Source: Camelus dromedarius
Taxonomy: Eukaryota
DNA: 64,000 bases
NCBI RefSeq assembly: GCF_036321535.1
Contig: NC_087437.1
Coordinates: 96,536,001 to 96,600,000, forward strand
Direction: 5' to 3'
Part shown: piece after piece, positions 27,804 to 42,079 of the stretch
Numbering within the stretch: the stretch's first letter is position 1
How the letters are laid out: each line of letters opens with the position of its first letter
The notes under the pieces: generated by a model
Told to the model about the DNA's origin: nothing
Databases searched by the model: none
Seen by the model: only the letters and a program-made list of their open reading frames with translations
Program-made: the position numbers and the translations under genes

Positions 27804-28259
27804 GTAAGTAAAAAGCAAAACAGTAATAAAAGGCTGCAAGTTAGAAGCCACAACGATCAGGATAGAATTCTAATTTGGCACAAATTGTTGTACGATTTGA
27901 GTTGTTACTTAACCTCATGGAACCACAATTTCAATGTCAGACCACTAATAGCTACCTTCAAGAATTGTTATCAGGTATGAAAGATGACCAGTCAAAGCAA
28001 TTCTCTCATTACAGGAAAAGAACAAAAAACCCTCTATCTTTTTGTGAAAGTCCCATATAGCCCTCTGTACTCCAGATAAACTCATTTGCATTTGACTGAG
28101 GAACAGGCTTCACCAGTTGCTTTCTGTTACAAATTAGATTTCTTCTTTCTCTATCCTAAAGGGCTTCTCTTCCTGATGGTCCTTCAAACTATCACTTCCC
28201 ATTACACTAACAGTCACACAATTTTTTTTTTTTTACCCCCTTGTCAATTTGAATCAAAA

Positions 28260-29500
28260 GGTATTAATCTGTGGAATCTTCTCTGTAAAGACCATCAGTG
28301 AATCTTCAAAACTTTCGGCCTTTCCTCCCACCCAACTGCATTTCAATTTCCCCATGGCATTAAAAATTATTATTCACTTCTAATTTCCTTAATTTCTGCA
28401 ATGCTAACATTTTGGTATTCCTTCTACTTCTCTGACTACTCACTCACTTGTTTCCTTCTGTGTGATTCCATTTCTGTTATATTCCCCAAATATTCATTTC
28501 TCAAAAACCCATTTTCAGCATTATCTGTGTCTCCCTACAATCTCCACGTTAGTAATCTGACTCTCCCTTCACCTTTCCACTTTCTCTACACCTAAATCTA
28601 AGATGGCTATTACATACTATTTCCAGTGGTACATTCCCAAATGAACACACTGTCTTCCACATAAACTTATCTCTGCCTTCACCCTTTTTGGTGGGACCTA
28701 TCTGTATGGCAGGCATGAATCCTCACAAACACCTGTCGAGTTTTGCAGGGTCTGTTTTCCAATATCTCCCTCATTCATTATGCACCATTTCTATGGCTAC
28801 TTTGCTATTTCAGGCTGTGATTATAATTAATTCATCAACAAGTTCTGAAAGCTACTAAATATCAAGCATTATGCTACAGTCTGAGTATGTGACAATGGGC
28901 ACTGTATTATCTCAGTTTTATTTGCACAATTGCAGATTCTGAAATATCCTCTAAAGCTTTTTTCCCCAATTCATTTTATATATAAAGGAAGCAGAATATT
29001 TTCATGTGAAATTCATACTCAGAAACAGTAAGTATATTTACTTCCTATACAATGATATAATTTCTTTAAACTGATATTGAAGGACTACCTAATGTGAAGC
29101 AAACTTATTTCAATATTATCTTTCATTCCCAATTAATGTGTTTTACATATATTTAAGAAAAATATATGCATTTTCTTACCTGCTTTCACTCACATTATCC
29201 CACCAGCTCAAAATGTCCTCTCCCTTCAAACTCCTTGATATGCGAACGCAAAACCCACCATCCTTTTTATAGTTGCCAACTTTCTATCAATTACTATTTG
29301 ATTGTCACAGATAGAAAGGATCCTTTGAACTCTTTATATTTTATCTGTATCATTTCTTGATTGCATATTTTCCTACTCTGTCGCAGTTCCTTATCTTTAC
29401 ATAATATCTCCTGTATTAGAAGATAAGATCATTAATGGCAAAATCTACACTTAATTCATCTCCCATCTCCCACGGTACCTTATACATGGAGGATGCTTCA
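28260..29500 (+). mobile_element. Scattered, highly diverged L2 fragments
   Basis: Pyrimidine-rich L2-like motifs (tccttctacttctctgactac; ttcatctcccatctcccacggtacct...gatgcttca). Confidence 0.4.
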
Positions 29501-30123
29501 TGTCAATTAAATAGCTGCACTTCTAGTTTTGAATTTCTGTTCAAAAGGCAAAATATTGTATGAATTTCAGAATTTAAAATTAAAGCTGATGTAAGATTTA
29601 TAAGGATAAAACACATACACACTTTATAATTAGTCAAGATTAGGTCTGGAGATTCAGGTTTTGTTGTCCAGCAACAAGGAAATCTCCTGAGCCTTCATTC
29701 ATTATACCAATCTTATAAACATCCTCCTAATCATTCAGTGAACATATCTATAAATATTTTTATCCTGAAGGTTTGCTTCATGTTTAATGGGATCTAATGA
29801 TGTGCAGGGTCATAAGGGAATAGATAGCAAACTTCAGATGCAACCAAATGTGAAAGAAATGATGATTAAAGACAAGCAGAAAAACTGACACTGTGCTGTG
29901 ATAAACAGCACAGTGTAAATCAAGGAGAGCAAATATTTTTACAAATGTTGGCATATCATTTGAAAATACAAAAGTTAATCAATTCCACAGTGATTTACTG
30001 AGTGTTTATTATGTGAACTGTGATCCACTTCATGTTCTAGACATGATCAAGAGGTTCTAGTCCACATGAAATATCAAGGCAACTGAACTGGCAAAATACA
30101 CAAACAATACCTTTCATCACCGT

Positions 30124-30505
30124 TGTATTAGTCTGTAGGGCTGTTAAGGACAAAATGTCACATTTTGAGGGGTTTAAACAAAAAAAGTATCGTCTCACAA
30201 TTTTGGAGCTTAGAAGTCCAAGATCAAGATGTCAGCAGAGTTGGTTCCTTCTCAGTCCTCTCTCCTTAGCTTGCAGATGGCTGTCTTTTCCCTGTTTCCT
30301 CATATGATCTTTCCTCTGTACATGTCTGTGTCCTAATCTCCTTTTCAGAAGGACATTCCTCCTGTTAGATTAAGATCCACCCTAATGACCTCATTTTAGT
30401 TTCATCACCTCTGTAAAGACTATCTCCAAATACAGGTATGTTCAGAGGTATTGGGAATTAAGATATTAGCACATGAATTTGGAGGGACACATTCATCCCA
30501 CAGCA
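30124..30505 (-). mobile_element. MLT1A/B-like MaLR solo LTR
   Basis: Begins tgtattagtc; contains tctcacaattttggagcttagaagtccaagatcaag and ccaccctaatgacctcatttta; ends gggacacattcatcccacagca. Confidence 0.85.
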
Positions 30506-31269
30506 ATTACTCTACCACTTGGTCATGTGTCCAGTAAAGGAAGTAATCCCTATGGTAACACTGGAGAAGAGGGAAGGAACCCTTAGTCTCCTGGAATTCT
30601 TAAAGATGATAGAGGAGCAAATAAACGGAAGAGCATTCAGCTTTGGAGGTTAGAAGAAACAAACATTTTTTGTTTGTTTTTGGTTTAGATTTGTTTTTGA
30701 GAACACTTGATGGGTTAATAACAATAAAATACGAGTTGCCACTGGTAAAATACAGATTTGCAGAGACAATCTGGAATCTGATTAGGCAGATAATAAAGAC
30801 TTAGGGAAAGGTCAGGGAAACTTTTTTTTTTAATTTTAAGTTTCATTTTGTTTATTCCTTCTACCTCCTCAGATAATGATAAAGTAACACTTTCATTCAA
30901 AGATAGATTTGGTGACTTGTATTCCATGAAGAGTGCTTGTATTCAGGAGGTCTCAGATAATGTCACTTACAGCCTGGTTACCTGCATCTCTAGACATTCT
31001 TTACTAACATCTTTTTTTTTAAGTTCCTTTCACAGTAGAACTTGGGAGCAACTGTACAGCACACTGACTCACTGAAGTTTAAGGGATAAAGCTACAAATG
31101 GCACCAAGCCTGCTTCTGTCAGCTCACTATTCACTGAGGTCTGCTCAGTCTCAGGTCTGTCTACTCATCAGCTGATCGATAGGTTGGCAGCACTCTTTGG
31201 CTAAACTACTCAATTTAGGAGGATGGACTGTTGCTCTCTTATGAATTATTCAAAAGAATGGGCTCGAAT

Positions 31270-31545
31270 TCAATCCCTCCCCATCCCGCCTCGAACAGAA
31301 TTAATCACTCCCTCCTTCAGAATTATTGTCCTAACTTGTACATACCTCTATTACTGTGCTGATCACACTGTACTTTACCATATTATGGTAATTTATTTGC
31401 ATGTTCTTCTCTCCTTGTGGACTAGGGACTTCTTTATGATTGGGACTGTGTATATCTGTTTTCCCAACCCCAAGCACAAGGCCTGTAGTCTGTCAGTTCT
31501 CAACCACTTTGTTGAATGGATGAATGAATGAATGAATGAATGAGT
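31270..31545 (+). mobile_element. L2 3' end with (TGAA)n tail
   Basis: gggactgtgtatatctg...cccaagcacaaggcctg...gttgaatggatgaatgaatgaatgaatgaatga. Confidence 0.75.
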
Positions 31546-33037
31546 TACCTGGCTTTTCCCACCGTCATAAATTGTTAACACTATATAAGATACCAATATG
31601 AATGGGACGAATATTCGGTCTCAGCTGTTGGCAATTTCCTGGTAGGCAGTAATCTCAATTAGCCTTGTTAAGGATGATTACAAAAGTTGCCAAATAAGTC
31701 TTTTCAAGGGAACTAAATAAAACTTATGAAATAATCATTTACTAAGAAACAGAAGGTGACTAACAATTTTCGTAACAGCAGGATACATACAGCTAAAACT
31801 ATACTGATGCTTGTGGCCTATGAAGAACTTAAGGCTATCTTAACTAAAATCAATCATTGTTCCAATAACAGAAATGTTAATAGTTCTCCCTACTTAAGAA
31901 AATGACTAATTTAATCAACTTTATTGGGTTTACCACAAAACTATGTTAATCAATTTTCACGTGATTTTGCATTTTAAAGTATTTTCACTCGAATCAAATG
32001 TTTGACAATTTATGTACACTAGAATAATAAGAACACACATCAAGACATTCTGAAACATACAAAAATCCAGCATATTCATGCATCATTCTTTTTACCAGTT
32101 ACAGTACTTAATAATGCACTTTCAAACTTAACATTTTACATTCTGAATGATTTCATTAGGTGGTATGCCTGTTCCTATTAAATTTCTCCAAAGATTTTAG
32201 AAAGAGAGATATACTTTAAACACTTTAGGGGACCTAGGCATGTGTGAGAAAATATTAGCTAAATATTACAGTTATCTCTCAATTTTTTTTTATTTCATAT
32301 GTTTAAAATGATATATTGAGATAAAAGGCTTAATGTGGCAGAACAATCCTACGTTAATAAATTCAGACCTACATTCTCAATCACAGGTGATCCCCCCCCC
32401 CCCAAGAAAGACACACACAGGACTTTGAAAGGTATACAGATATAAGGAAAGAGCCCCTTCTGCAAGCTTCTTGCAGAAGCATGGGCCATATCTCATCCTT
32501 TATACAGTCATTATCTCCACAGCACGTCAATCTTTAGATCATCTAATTAAGTCTAAGAGGAATGTAATGTGGTTTCACTACAAAATCCTAAGCTGTTCTT
32601 GGCACAGCCAAAAGGCATTTCAGTTTATCTTTGGCATTTCCTCCATTTCAACAGGTGGGCAACAATAAACACTGGCAACCAAGTAAGATTTAAACAATCT
32701 AGTACTGTATTTTTAAATTCTACCCTTATTTAATTAATCCCTGAAGGTCACATGTAGGGGATTATTTGAACTTGTAGTAATAATTATGTGCAAATTTTAT
32801 AACGGTGTCTATTGAGTGCTAGCAGTAAGGTAAATGCAACTCAGCAGAATGTGGACCAGAAGTAACACTTTCCAATAATCATTTTACTTGAGAGTTCTAA
32901 GGGTCAATATTAAAATCTACGTGCTTTTGTGGATTTTTATGGGTAGATATTGTGGGCCAAAAGAAATATCACATACAAAAGTATACATTAAAATTTTATC
33001 ATATAATTTATCTCTCTCTTCATATACCATACATAGA

Positions 33038-33059
33038 CACACACACACACACACACACA
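33038..33059. repeat. (CA)n microsatellite
   Basis: Directly visible. Confidence 0.9.
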
Positions 33060-33539
33060 ATTTGCTATATAACGTTTCAAAAATATCTGAGAAGTATTTA
33101 AGAAAAATTTGCTTTTAAACAGAAGTATGAAATGAGATCTTCGATTCTATGGAGATAACACATCCCTAATGTGTTTATGAACTTCACTGCATTTCCTTTT
33201 AAATGCATTTTCTTTCATCCAACTGAGGTGGTATAGAGAAAAATATAGATAGGATTCCTATAGAGTTTAGAAACATTATTCTACTCTATCTCTTCCCAAA
33301 ATCATTCCACACTTTTGTTCTCAACTGATTTTTTTCTTTTATTTGTTAAACTGTTCCTTCCACACTTGGTTCCATGGTTCAAATGAGGTTTATTTTTCTA
33401 GATCTTGGCTGCACCATGGAGTTCATACAAAATATACCCCCTTTTTTATTTCCTCTTTGTGGTGCCTTATACCACTTACAACTGTTTTTAGTGGTAAACA
33501 AGATTAAATGTAAGTGTTAGGTCTCATCAACACTAAACA

Positions 33540-33810
33540 TGGGGGAAGAATGTCTGTGGCTCTTTTCCAGGCGGCAAATTAAAGCATCGCTGGCAGTGGT
33601 ACTTCAAACAAGCCCTGATGCTTTTATCGACTCCCTCACCATCTCAAACACAGCCCGGTATTCAGTCAATACTTGTCATTCCATGGGAGCCACTAACTCA
33701 CTGTTGCTGTCAGTTTTACTTATCTAATTACAAATGGGCTCCTGTTCATGAAAGTATCTCCTTAATAGAGTACAGCCAGGACTGCAACTTGTTAAGAGAC
33801 AATTTAACCA
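33540..33810. promoter_or_regulatory. Putative conserved non-coding element
   Basis: Repeat-free island with retained CpGs and CTGTCA/TTGTCA and CTAATTA motifs in an AT-rich background. Confidence 0.3.
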
Positions 33811-35429
33811 ACTTGAGCAGTTGTTTAAGATCTTATATTCACATATATTTCCTTATAACAGCATCTTTTTGTTTTGTTTATGTTTGATTATTTGTGTTTG
33901 TATGGAAAGCAGCTAAGTTTATGGGAGATTTAAGATTCTATATTTACATATAAAATAAAAAAGACGGTATCGATAGCAACAAAAAAAGTGCCAACACATT
34001 CTTTTTTTTATCATCTTGATGCTGCACAAATTTAATGTGTGGCTTTTGCCTGCCTCCTACTTTTGATTAGGTTTTTCCTGTGGTCCTAATATTTCACATA
34101 AAATATTTACAATTCTTTTAGTCTATGTTTTCTTCAAAACATAAATCTTCAAAACATACAAACATGTGTATGTATCTGTACATATTCATACATTATGTGA
34201 AATAATAAAATATATTTTCATAGCAACATAGAAAAAATAATTAAAAAGGAGATGTGCACAGAGTCTTCTGCTTAGTTTAAGTTTTTTTTTTTTCACATTT
34301 ATTAAGTAAACTTGCCTATAGTATTCCGATCTCCTGAGAAGTGAAGAGTTATTAGCAACTGACCAGGAGTTTTGAAGTCTGTTGTTAATAATGGAAAGGA
34401 CACTGACAATCTACACCTACAGGCAATTACTAAATATAAAGCTCTCTGAATTTTCATTATGCAAGACATTTTTTTAAAAGCTTTTCATTTTCACTGCTTC
34501 TAAAGAATATTATGTACCTAGTAATAATGAAAATAACTAATTTAGAAATAAAAGAAATACATATAGTAAGTAGCCACATATTATGATATGTTAACACACA
34601 CCCAAAATACACTAACTACATCACAGTGAATTGTTTTGGAACTACTGGCAGATACCCAAGTCATCCAAATTTAGATCAGTATTCAAGCACACCTAGCATC
34701 AGTGTGGTGTCTAAACAACAGTAGCAACAGACAGAACAAGATAAGTATTTCTATTCCAACTTCCACTTGACACTTGGAGAAATAGATTATGTTTGCTCTT
34801 ACTATGAGTATCTTCCTACTTTCCAGATACTTCTGAAAAGGGCTAAAGAAAACAAAATAGTTATGTCTTAGAAAGTGTTACTGAGAAATATTTAAATATA
34901 ATCATGAGCCAAAGTGTATGTAAATTGAGGTTTTTTTATAAATACATGGCAACAAATAATTGTATATATATATTGAGGAGGTTATAAAAGTATTTCAAAG
35001 AACTAAAATGATACTTATTTAAAGTGCATTATTAGTTACTTAGATTTTTAAAATTTTCTTTTTGTTGGTTTTCTCGAGCATACATCCTCAACTGTTTAAT
35101 AAAGTGGGGTGTCTTTTCATTAATTTGAAGCACTGAAATCAGTTTGTGAATGTGCATTTTCTGTCAAGCAGATTTTGGAGAGTTGGGATCAACTGAGCAT
35201 GAGTCTATAGCAAACATGCTGAAGGAGCATCTTTTCTTTTAAAAATTCAAAACCAACAATCTAGGCATCAACATATAGTTTCACATGGCAGTACTTTAAG
35301 GTATTCTGAAATCACATCCTAATCTGTGTTGGGAGCTCCAGTTCTACAAGACAAAATGATCAATGGAGGGGAAAGATAAAGATGGATTATCCATTATTGA
35401 AAGAGTATGCAGCAGACATCTGCAAGGCT

Positions 35430-35700
35430 TGCCTTCTACCACTGCTGCCTCCACTTAACTACTCTGCATAGTTTCCCACCCCAACAGCATTTTCTATCCC
35501 TTGATGTTCTTTTATGGTGTCTTTACTCTCTACCTAATGTTAAATTTTATGTTGTTTATAGGTTTATCTTCTGTCTTCCTCTTTTACATAGAAGTTCTAT
35601 AAACGCAAATCTTTGTCTATATGGTCTACTGTTCTGCCCCTGAGCCTGTAACACCACCAGATACATTGTAGATGCTCAACATATATTAGCTAAATATATA
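35430..35700 (+). mobile_element. L2 3' fragment
   Basis: tttatcttctgtcttcctc...cctgagcctgtaaca...tagatgctcaacatatatt. Confidence 0.5.
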
Positions 35701-37059
35701 AAGTAGGGAAATGTTGAAGGAGATGCTGAAGTAAGGGATAGTAATTGAAGCACTTCTTTTGTAGATATACAGACAATTTTATGAATGGAAGGCCAAACTG
35801 GGTTGATTCACGGGAAAACATGAAACATTAAGGAAAAAAATTATCAATTCACCTGCGGTCTTTGTAGGGTATGTGACATTTCTTATTTCCTACTGGTAAC
35901 AAATATAATTTTCAATATAATGATTAATCATAAAAAATAGAAAGTTAGACCCAAAACTACCACCAACAATAATATAATGTGAAATAATTCATTATCTTAT
36001 TAAAAATTATGAAAAGATAATATGAAATATGAAAATACTGTTTGGTGCTTAGAGGAAATGGGTGCTTAGAACCAAAATACAGGGTGAAGAGCATGTTTCC
36101 TACTTGTTTGTCTAGATGAAAATTTCTTTTTCAGAGGTTTGGAATTGAAATTTTGTTAAAATGCAAAACTGAAAATATTTTGGCTGCATTTGTATGTTTT
36201 AAAATTCTGATTAATGAGATATATCCCAGGTCTTAACACAAAGTGAAGCAGAGGTAAACAAATAACCAGTGGGCACAACTGAGATCCTTTTCAAGAGGTG
36301 TTTGGGCTACATTTCTGTACTTTCCATAATTTTTTAGCCAAAAACTTAATGTATTCATGAAACAAATTATCTATAAATTATTTTAAAATATGCTTTGTAA
36401 ATAGGAAGTCTAACACTTTTGTTGTTTTGGTTTTACATGTGGAGAGTACTAAGTTCACATGTTTGCTTCCTGACTTTGGTCAGATTCTCAGTCTTGAACT
36501 TGAAAGTTTTACATAATAAAGTTTTTTAAAAGTTGACCAAAATAAGATGTCACATACTTCTGGACCAAAATTCATCCTAATCTACGGAGCAGACCAAAGT
36601 GCTATAGTTTTAACATTATGTAGTTCAGTCTCAGAAAGAAATAAAATAATCTATTTGCATTAAACTAAAATATTTTTTTTAATTTAAGGATGTGTGGATC
36701 TAGTATGATCCATAAGTTTTTGGCAGCAGAGATAAAGAAGAATAAATTCATAAAATGGGGGGAAAAAAAAGTACAGTTCAATCTTACTCCATTGTGCTAT
36801 ATGCTTCTGGAATACTGCATATAAGCTAAATGTTATATATTAGTTCATATTTACCTAATGATTTCCAATAATTATAATTTTAAAGATGTCTGAACATTTA
36901 ATCAAAAAATTAATTATGAACTCTAAATTTTACTTTAGAGAGTATGTGTTTATGAACAAATAGTCTAAAGGCATTATTTCTTCTACACAATCTCTAAAAG
37001 TACTCAAATGAGTAATCTGTTCACTTAAACATCACATATGTATTTGTCTTATTGCGCAC

Positions 37060-38020
37060 GTTCACTGGCTCATTCAGATTTAAGCAGTCAGTCTATGTCT
37101 ACCATTGTTCAAGTCTCAATAGGGATCACCAAAATAACGGTTTCTTTATAGGCCTTGGCTGAAGTAAACTCCCTTTTTTCAGTGACCTCTGAGATATATG
37201 AAATTTGACCACTTCTGCTTCTTCGAAGTCTCTTTCCTTTCATTGTTTATGACTCCCCAGATTCATTTGACCTTTGGAATTGTCCTTTCCTAGTTCCCCA
37301 TCATGCTCCTGCTACTAGCTACCTAAATGTAAGTGTCACTGCAGGCTAATTCCTCAGCCTTCTCCCTCTCTCTCTCTCTTTCTCACTCTTGTTCTTATAA
37401 TGATTCCATCTACTCAAATGGTTTCAACTTCCTTTAACTAGATGATTCCATAGGTAATATTTCTGTCTCAGACTTTTCTCCCTACTTCTAGAATGACATT
37501 TCCAAACCTTTCTCTGGATTTTCCATTAATATATCAAACAATATGTACCAAGTCTGATACTACTAAAATTTAATTTTCCTTTTGATTTTCCAATTCTCAT
37601 TAATGATGCCTCTTTTCTTCTCAGTCATGGAGTTCTCTCTTTCTACTCTTGCCTTTGATCCTAAGGTTCATAACTGTTCCAACTTGCAAATCCTGTAAAT
37701 TCTACCTAAATCAATCTGACAAATTTATATCTTTCTCATTGTCCTATCACCTTCCTGGTTTAGGTGTCATGATTTCTCATCCACACTGCTACAACAGCTT
37801 CCAAACGATTATCTATTTTATCAATATTTTCTGCTTCAATTTATCTTACATTTGCTAACATGTAGCTCCAACATTGTCACTTCATGTTCAAAACTTTTGA
37901 TGACTAATCATTGCACATTTATTCAGCTAAGTCAGAATTCTTCAGGCTAGAATTCAAGAACCTCTCCAATATAGTTCCAATTTATATTTCTGTTCCTATC
38001 TCATGTTACTTCTCTTTAGA
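37060..38020 (+). mobile_element. L2 LINE body fragment
   Basis: tttgaccacttctgcttcttcgaagtctc, ccatctactcaaatggtttcaact, caaatcctgtaaattctacct, tgtcacttcatgttcaaaact motifs in L2 order. Confidence 0.6.
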
Positions 38021-38114
38021 TGCTCCAAAAAGAAACAACTAATTTTGAAAACAGATTTTGAAACCTTATAGAGCTAACACCTTTGTAGTTGATAATACGT
38101 ACAAATACTGTCTG

Positions 38115-38320
38115 AAGAGGGAGTAAGTTTAGTGGTCAGGGAAAGAATCTAGAGCCATGTAGGAGGTACATACTTTGACTCACAGTTACTACTCTTTAAA
38201 AGTATGACTTCAGGTAAGTTATTTCATCTCTTTGACTTGCTTTCCACATCTGTAGAATGGGAACAGTAACAGAACTTATCTTACAGGGTTATAGTAAAAA
38301 ATGAATGAGTTCTAAATTCA
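38115..38320 (+). mobile_element. MIR SINE
   Basis: atgacttcaggtaagttatttcatctct...ttccacatctgtagaatgggaacagtaacag MIR core. Confidence 0.7.
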
Positions 38321-39734
38321 ATCCATTAAGATTATGTGACTGACTGCTTTAGCTATTAAAAGTGAGTTTTATTAAAAAAAACCTTGATGACAATTAGTAG
38401 TATTTATGTTATGACACATTTAGTATTTAAGGATATTTTTAAATACCACTGCCTTATGAAGCCTTTTTTTTTTTTATTTTCCAAACTAAATGTAATCTTT
38501 TCTTTATGAAACTGTATAGAATTTTTCTATTTATCTATATTGTTTTGTGTTTGGTATGGGGGAGTTTTTAGTATGTTTCTATTTTAAGGGAGAGTCAGTA
38601 TACAGTAAAACAGAATAGATGTTTTTCATGCACAGAATGGGAGGAATGAAAACCATAAACACAACAAGGTAGGTTAACCTTAGACATGAGTATCAGAGCA
38701 GAACCAAATAAAAAAGAATGAATGAAATTTTGGAGAAATCTTAAAGAACAGGGAAACAGAAATAATTCACATACAATAACTCGGTATTTCTTCATGAAAT
38801 TCAGATTAAAGCTATCCTCTAACAATGAAAGACAAAGATGGCATGGGAGGAGGAGAGAGTTATGCTGATGGCAAAGGAGGAATGAATGAATTAAAAAAAA
38901 AAACAGTAAGTAGTATTGAAGGCAAAGTTGAAATGCATTGGCTTGGATGTTTTTCAATTTAAATCTATTAATAGGGGTTACTATAACCATTTCTGGATTG
39001 TATAAAGAAATTACTTTTCCTTTACAAGAGTAACAAATATATTTTAAAATTTCAAAACATTTTAATTCTTCTCTAAGCTTGAGGCAATGCTAACCAACAC
39101 TGCAAATCTTCATTTAAAATTCATGACTAAAAGGATTTTCTTAGTCAAGCAAAGTTATGGGGATGGGACACCCAAGACCCAGTTAACGTCTTGGTTAGAA
39201 GATGGCATTATTTTATAAACTACCTAGTCTAGGAAATCTGGCTTGGGGATAGGATTCTACTCATAAGAAAAAAGTGAGTGATAAGAAATGAAGAGTTAAG
39301 AAAGCAGTCCTGAGGATCATGGTTATTCCATTTATTTTCATTCTTTTTTTATTCTTTGGGGTAAACAGATGAGTAACAAACATGTGGAAAGTCCAGGACA
39401 CATCACACACTTAACTTTAAGGATGTATAAGGCATCATATATCACAAGGAGAAGATAGAGTATGCCAGGTGGTAGGTGTTTAGAATCAAGAACTATTTCC
39501 CTTATGGTCAATTCTAAGAAAACAAAGGTTGTAGTTTCAAATCTCAAAGAATTAGAGGAGATAATATTGCCTCTTTATAACCACTGGATCTTTTAAAGCC
39601 TTTAGATATATCTTCAGAAACACAGAATACATTCCTAACTAGTTATAAGTTTTTCTGAAATGATTAAAAATCAATAATGCTTTAGGATAAATTTATATAA
39701 CCCACACATGTCTTCTATGTAAAAAAATAACAGT

Positions 39735-39925
39735 GGCAGGCCTGTGTTAGGTGCCATATATATATAATTTGTTTCATGATTTCATTGTTTACGAAAGCTC
39801 TTTGTCATGGGCATTATCATCCCTATTTTACACAAGAGGAAATTGAGAGTCATAAAAGGTTAAGTAACTTACTCTAGACTACACAATTATTGTGTGGCCA
39901 AGCAAAGCCTCTCAGACCCCAAGTC
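39735..39925 (-). mobile_element. MIR SINE
   Basis: attatcatccctattttacacaagaggaaattgagagtcataaaaggttaagtaactt, reverse-strand MIR core. Confidence 0.7.
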
Positions 39926-40329
39926 TGAGTGTTTCTGAGTGTTTGCATCATGCAAGTGAAGGGGCACACACAATTAGGAAAAAAAAAAAAAACACTAAAT
40001 TAAGAAGGCCACTTCTTGTTTTTAAAACAATATACTTGCCAAATTGTTAATTTGGAAAAATAACGATGGCAAGAAAATTTTTCATGAAATATGTGCGTTC
40101 TCTTGAGGTTGAAAAAAAATTAGAATACACAAAGCTTTCAGAAATAAATATTTGTCAGTCATTTTTTAAATTAAACTTCTACATGATATATCATTACACT
40201 GTAGGTTTAAATATATTTTTTAAAAAGTTAATGTTATCTATTCTTAAAATCTACTTACACCTTCTTTCTAAATAGCTTTCCTTCTTTTATGAACTGTTTC
40301 TAACTTCTCAAAGTCCTCAAAGGTATGAG

Positions 40330-40790
40330 CCAACCTTTTCTAAATAAGGGTGGCTCTTACTAGATATTGATTCTGCCTTGTTGATTTACCTTGTCTATCT
40401 ACCTGACATCTCCACTCCATTTAGAGTTCATCGAATGCAAACACTCTTCTGATTAATGGCTAATTTATTATTTGCCTTGCAAATGTTTATCTGTTGGGAA
40501 ATGGGATAAATACTTCAGTTCTGACAAGTAGGAGGGCCACTATTCCAGGCCTGATGGAATGGTCAGTTGATGGCATCCCAGAGGACCTGGGCCCTGCCTT
40601 GATTTTCTGAGACAATCTGCTGAAAAGCTAAGTATCTATTTTTAATGAGTGCAATGGAAAATCAATTAGCTAGTGGTTTATAGGAGGAAATTAATGGTAA
40701 CTTTTGTATGGCATCTTACAAGCCCAAATTACAAGTAACTTCCATATGTAATCACTTGGCAGTATTGTAACCTATTTATTTAAAATAAAA
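40330..40790. promoter_or_regulatory. Putative conserved non-coding element
   Basis: Repeat-free; TGATTAATGG, TGATTTAC, TGATGGAT-like PBX-HOX motifs and CAATTA cores. Confidence 0.3.
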
Positions 40791-42079
40791 GCTCACCATC
40801 AGAATTTTAGACTTATCTATATATTTACCAAGCTCAAAAACACTTAAAAAACACACCTACACATATAAACACTTAAAATCTTAAAACAAAAGCCAAACTG
40901 GACAAATATGAAAATGTTAATATTTTCCACTAATGGTAAGTGATTTTTATTTTATTATTTGTACTTTTTAATGTTTGCCAAATTCTACAATAAAAACAGA
41001 TTCCTTTAAAAATTATGTAAATGGTGTTTAAGAAAACATTTCTCATTAAGAAGAAATTTATCTGTTGGAAGTCATGAATGCCACATAGACGGTAAAAAAC
41101 AACATCATGTATCCAATTATTTTTATCTCTGCAGTGATCAATTCTGTGGAAAGCAACCTCATGAGACAACTGAGTATAAGCCTAGAACGTATTCCCAGTC
41201 TATCCTTCTTGTTGGGAAGCAGCCAAAAATCTGTTTACCTATGTATGTACAGATATTTTTATTTTGATGTTAAGAAAAATCTGGAGTACGGGAACATGTC
41301 CAATTCCTACAAGATAAATTCCTGTAAGTTTGACTATGTTAAAATTATAGTATGAATTTTTCCAAACAGTAAAATTCCAGCAGAATATAGTAAATCTATA
41401 AAATGATTAGTCTGAATGTAATTAATTAAATAAATGACATTTATGATAACACAAAGAAAAGTCTCTTGCTGAGAAGGAAATACAGCTAACTGCCAATTCT
41501 GATGCTCCAGGTGGTCTGACTAATTTAGGTATTAGTTTTTCTACAACTGAAAGTAGGCACTGGAAATAATGCTCTTTTTCTTCAATCCTATTGGAAATCA
41601 TTAAACAATAGAACAGAAAGAAATGGAAAGACATGAGTCTGACAGATGAACCATTCTAGAAAGTCTGGTAGATATGCACATGTATTACCCACCCTGCCCA
41701 GAACATATTCCACAACTTAACTGATGCATTTCTGCAAAAACGATGGAGTTGAGTGTCTCATCCTGATACTTACTCAATGAAATTTATTAGCTGAGCACTT
41801 GGACTTTGGGCAAGAACAAGAGCCCAGGAGGAAAAGTTTCAAAAGTTATCTTAACTCCTGAGGAAACATACTACAATGTAATAATTTCTGTAAGGAATAA
41901 AAATACCTACTTTCAAGCCCACTTGAATTCTCCAAAGTCTATTTTCATTAGAAAAAAAGAGTAAGAGACAATATCTTTGTTCTGATATTAACTCTTAAAG
42001 AGAAAAAATGCCAACAACTAAAGCTATTCTTAAAAACAATCCCATGAATACTTTTCCAAGTTAGATGAAGTTGGTTCCA

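Noticed and set aside
41775..41887. Minus-strand segment bounded by a good acceptor and a GTAAGT donor
   Set aside because: Stop codons in all three frames; no other support
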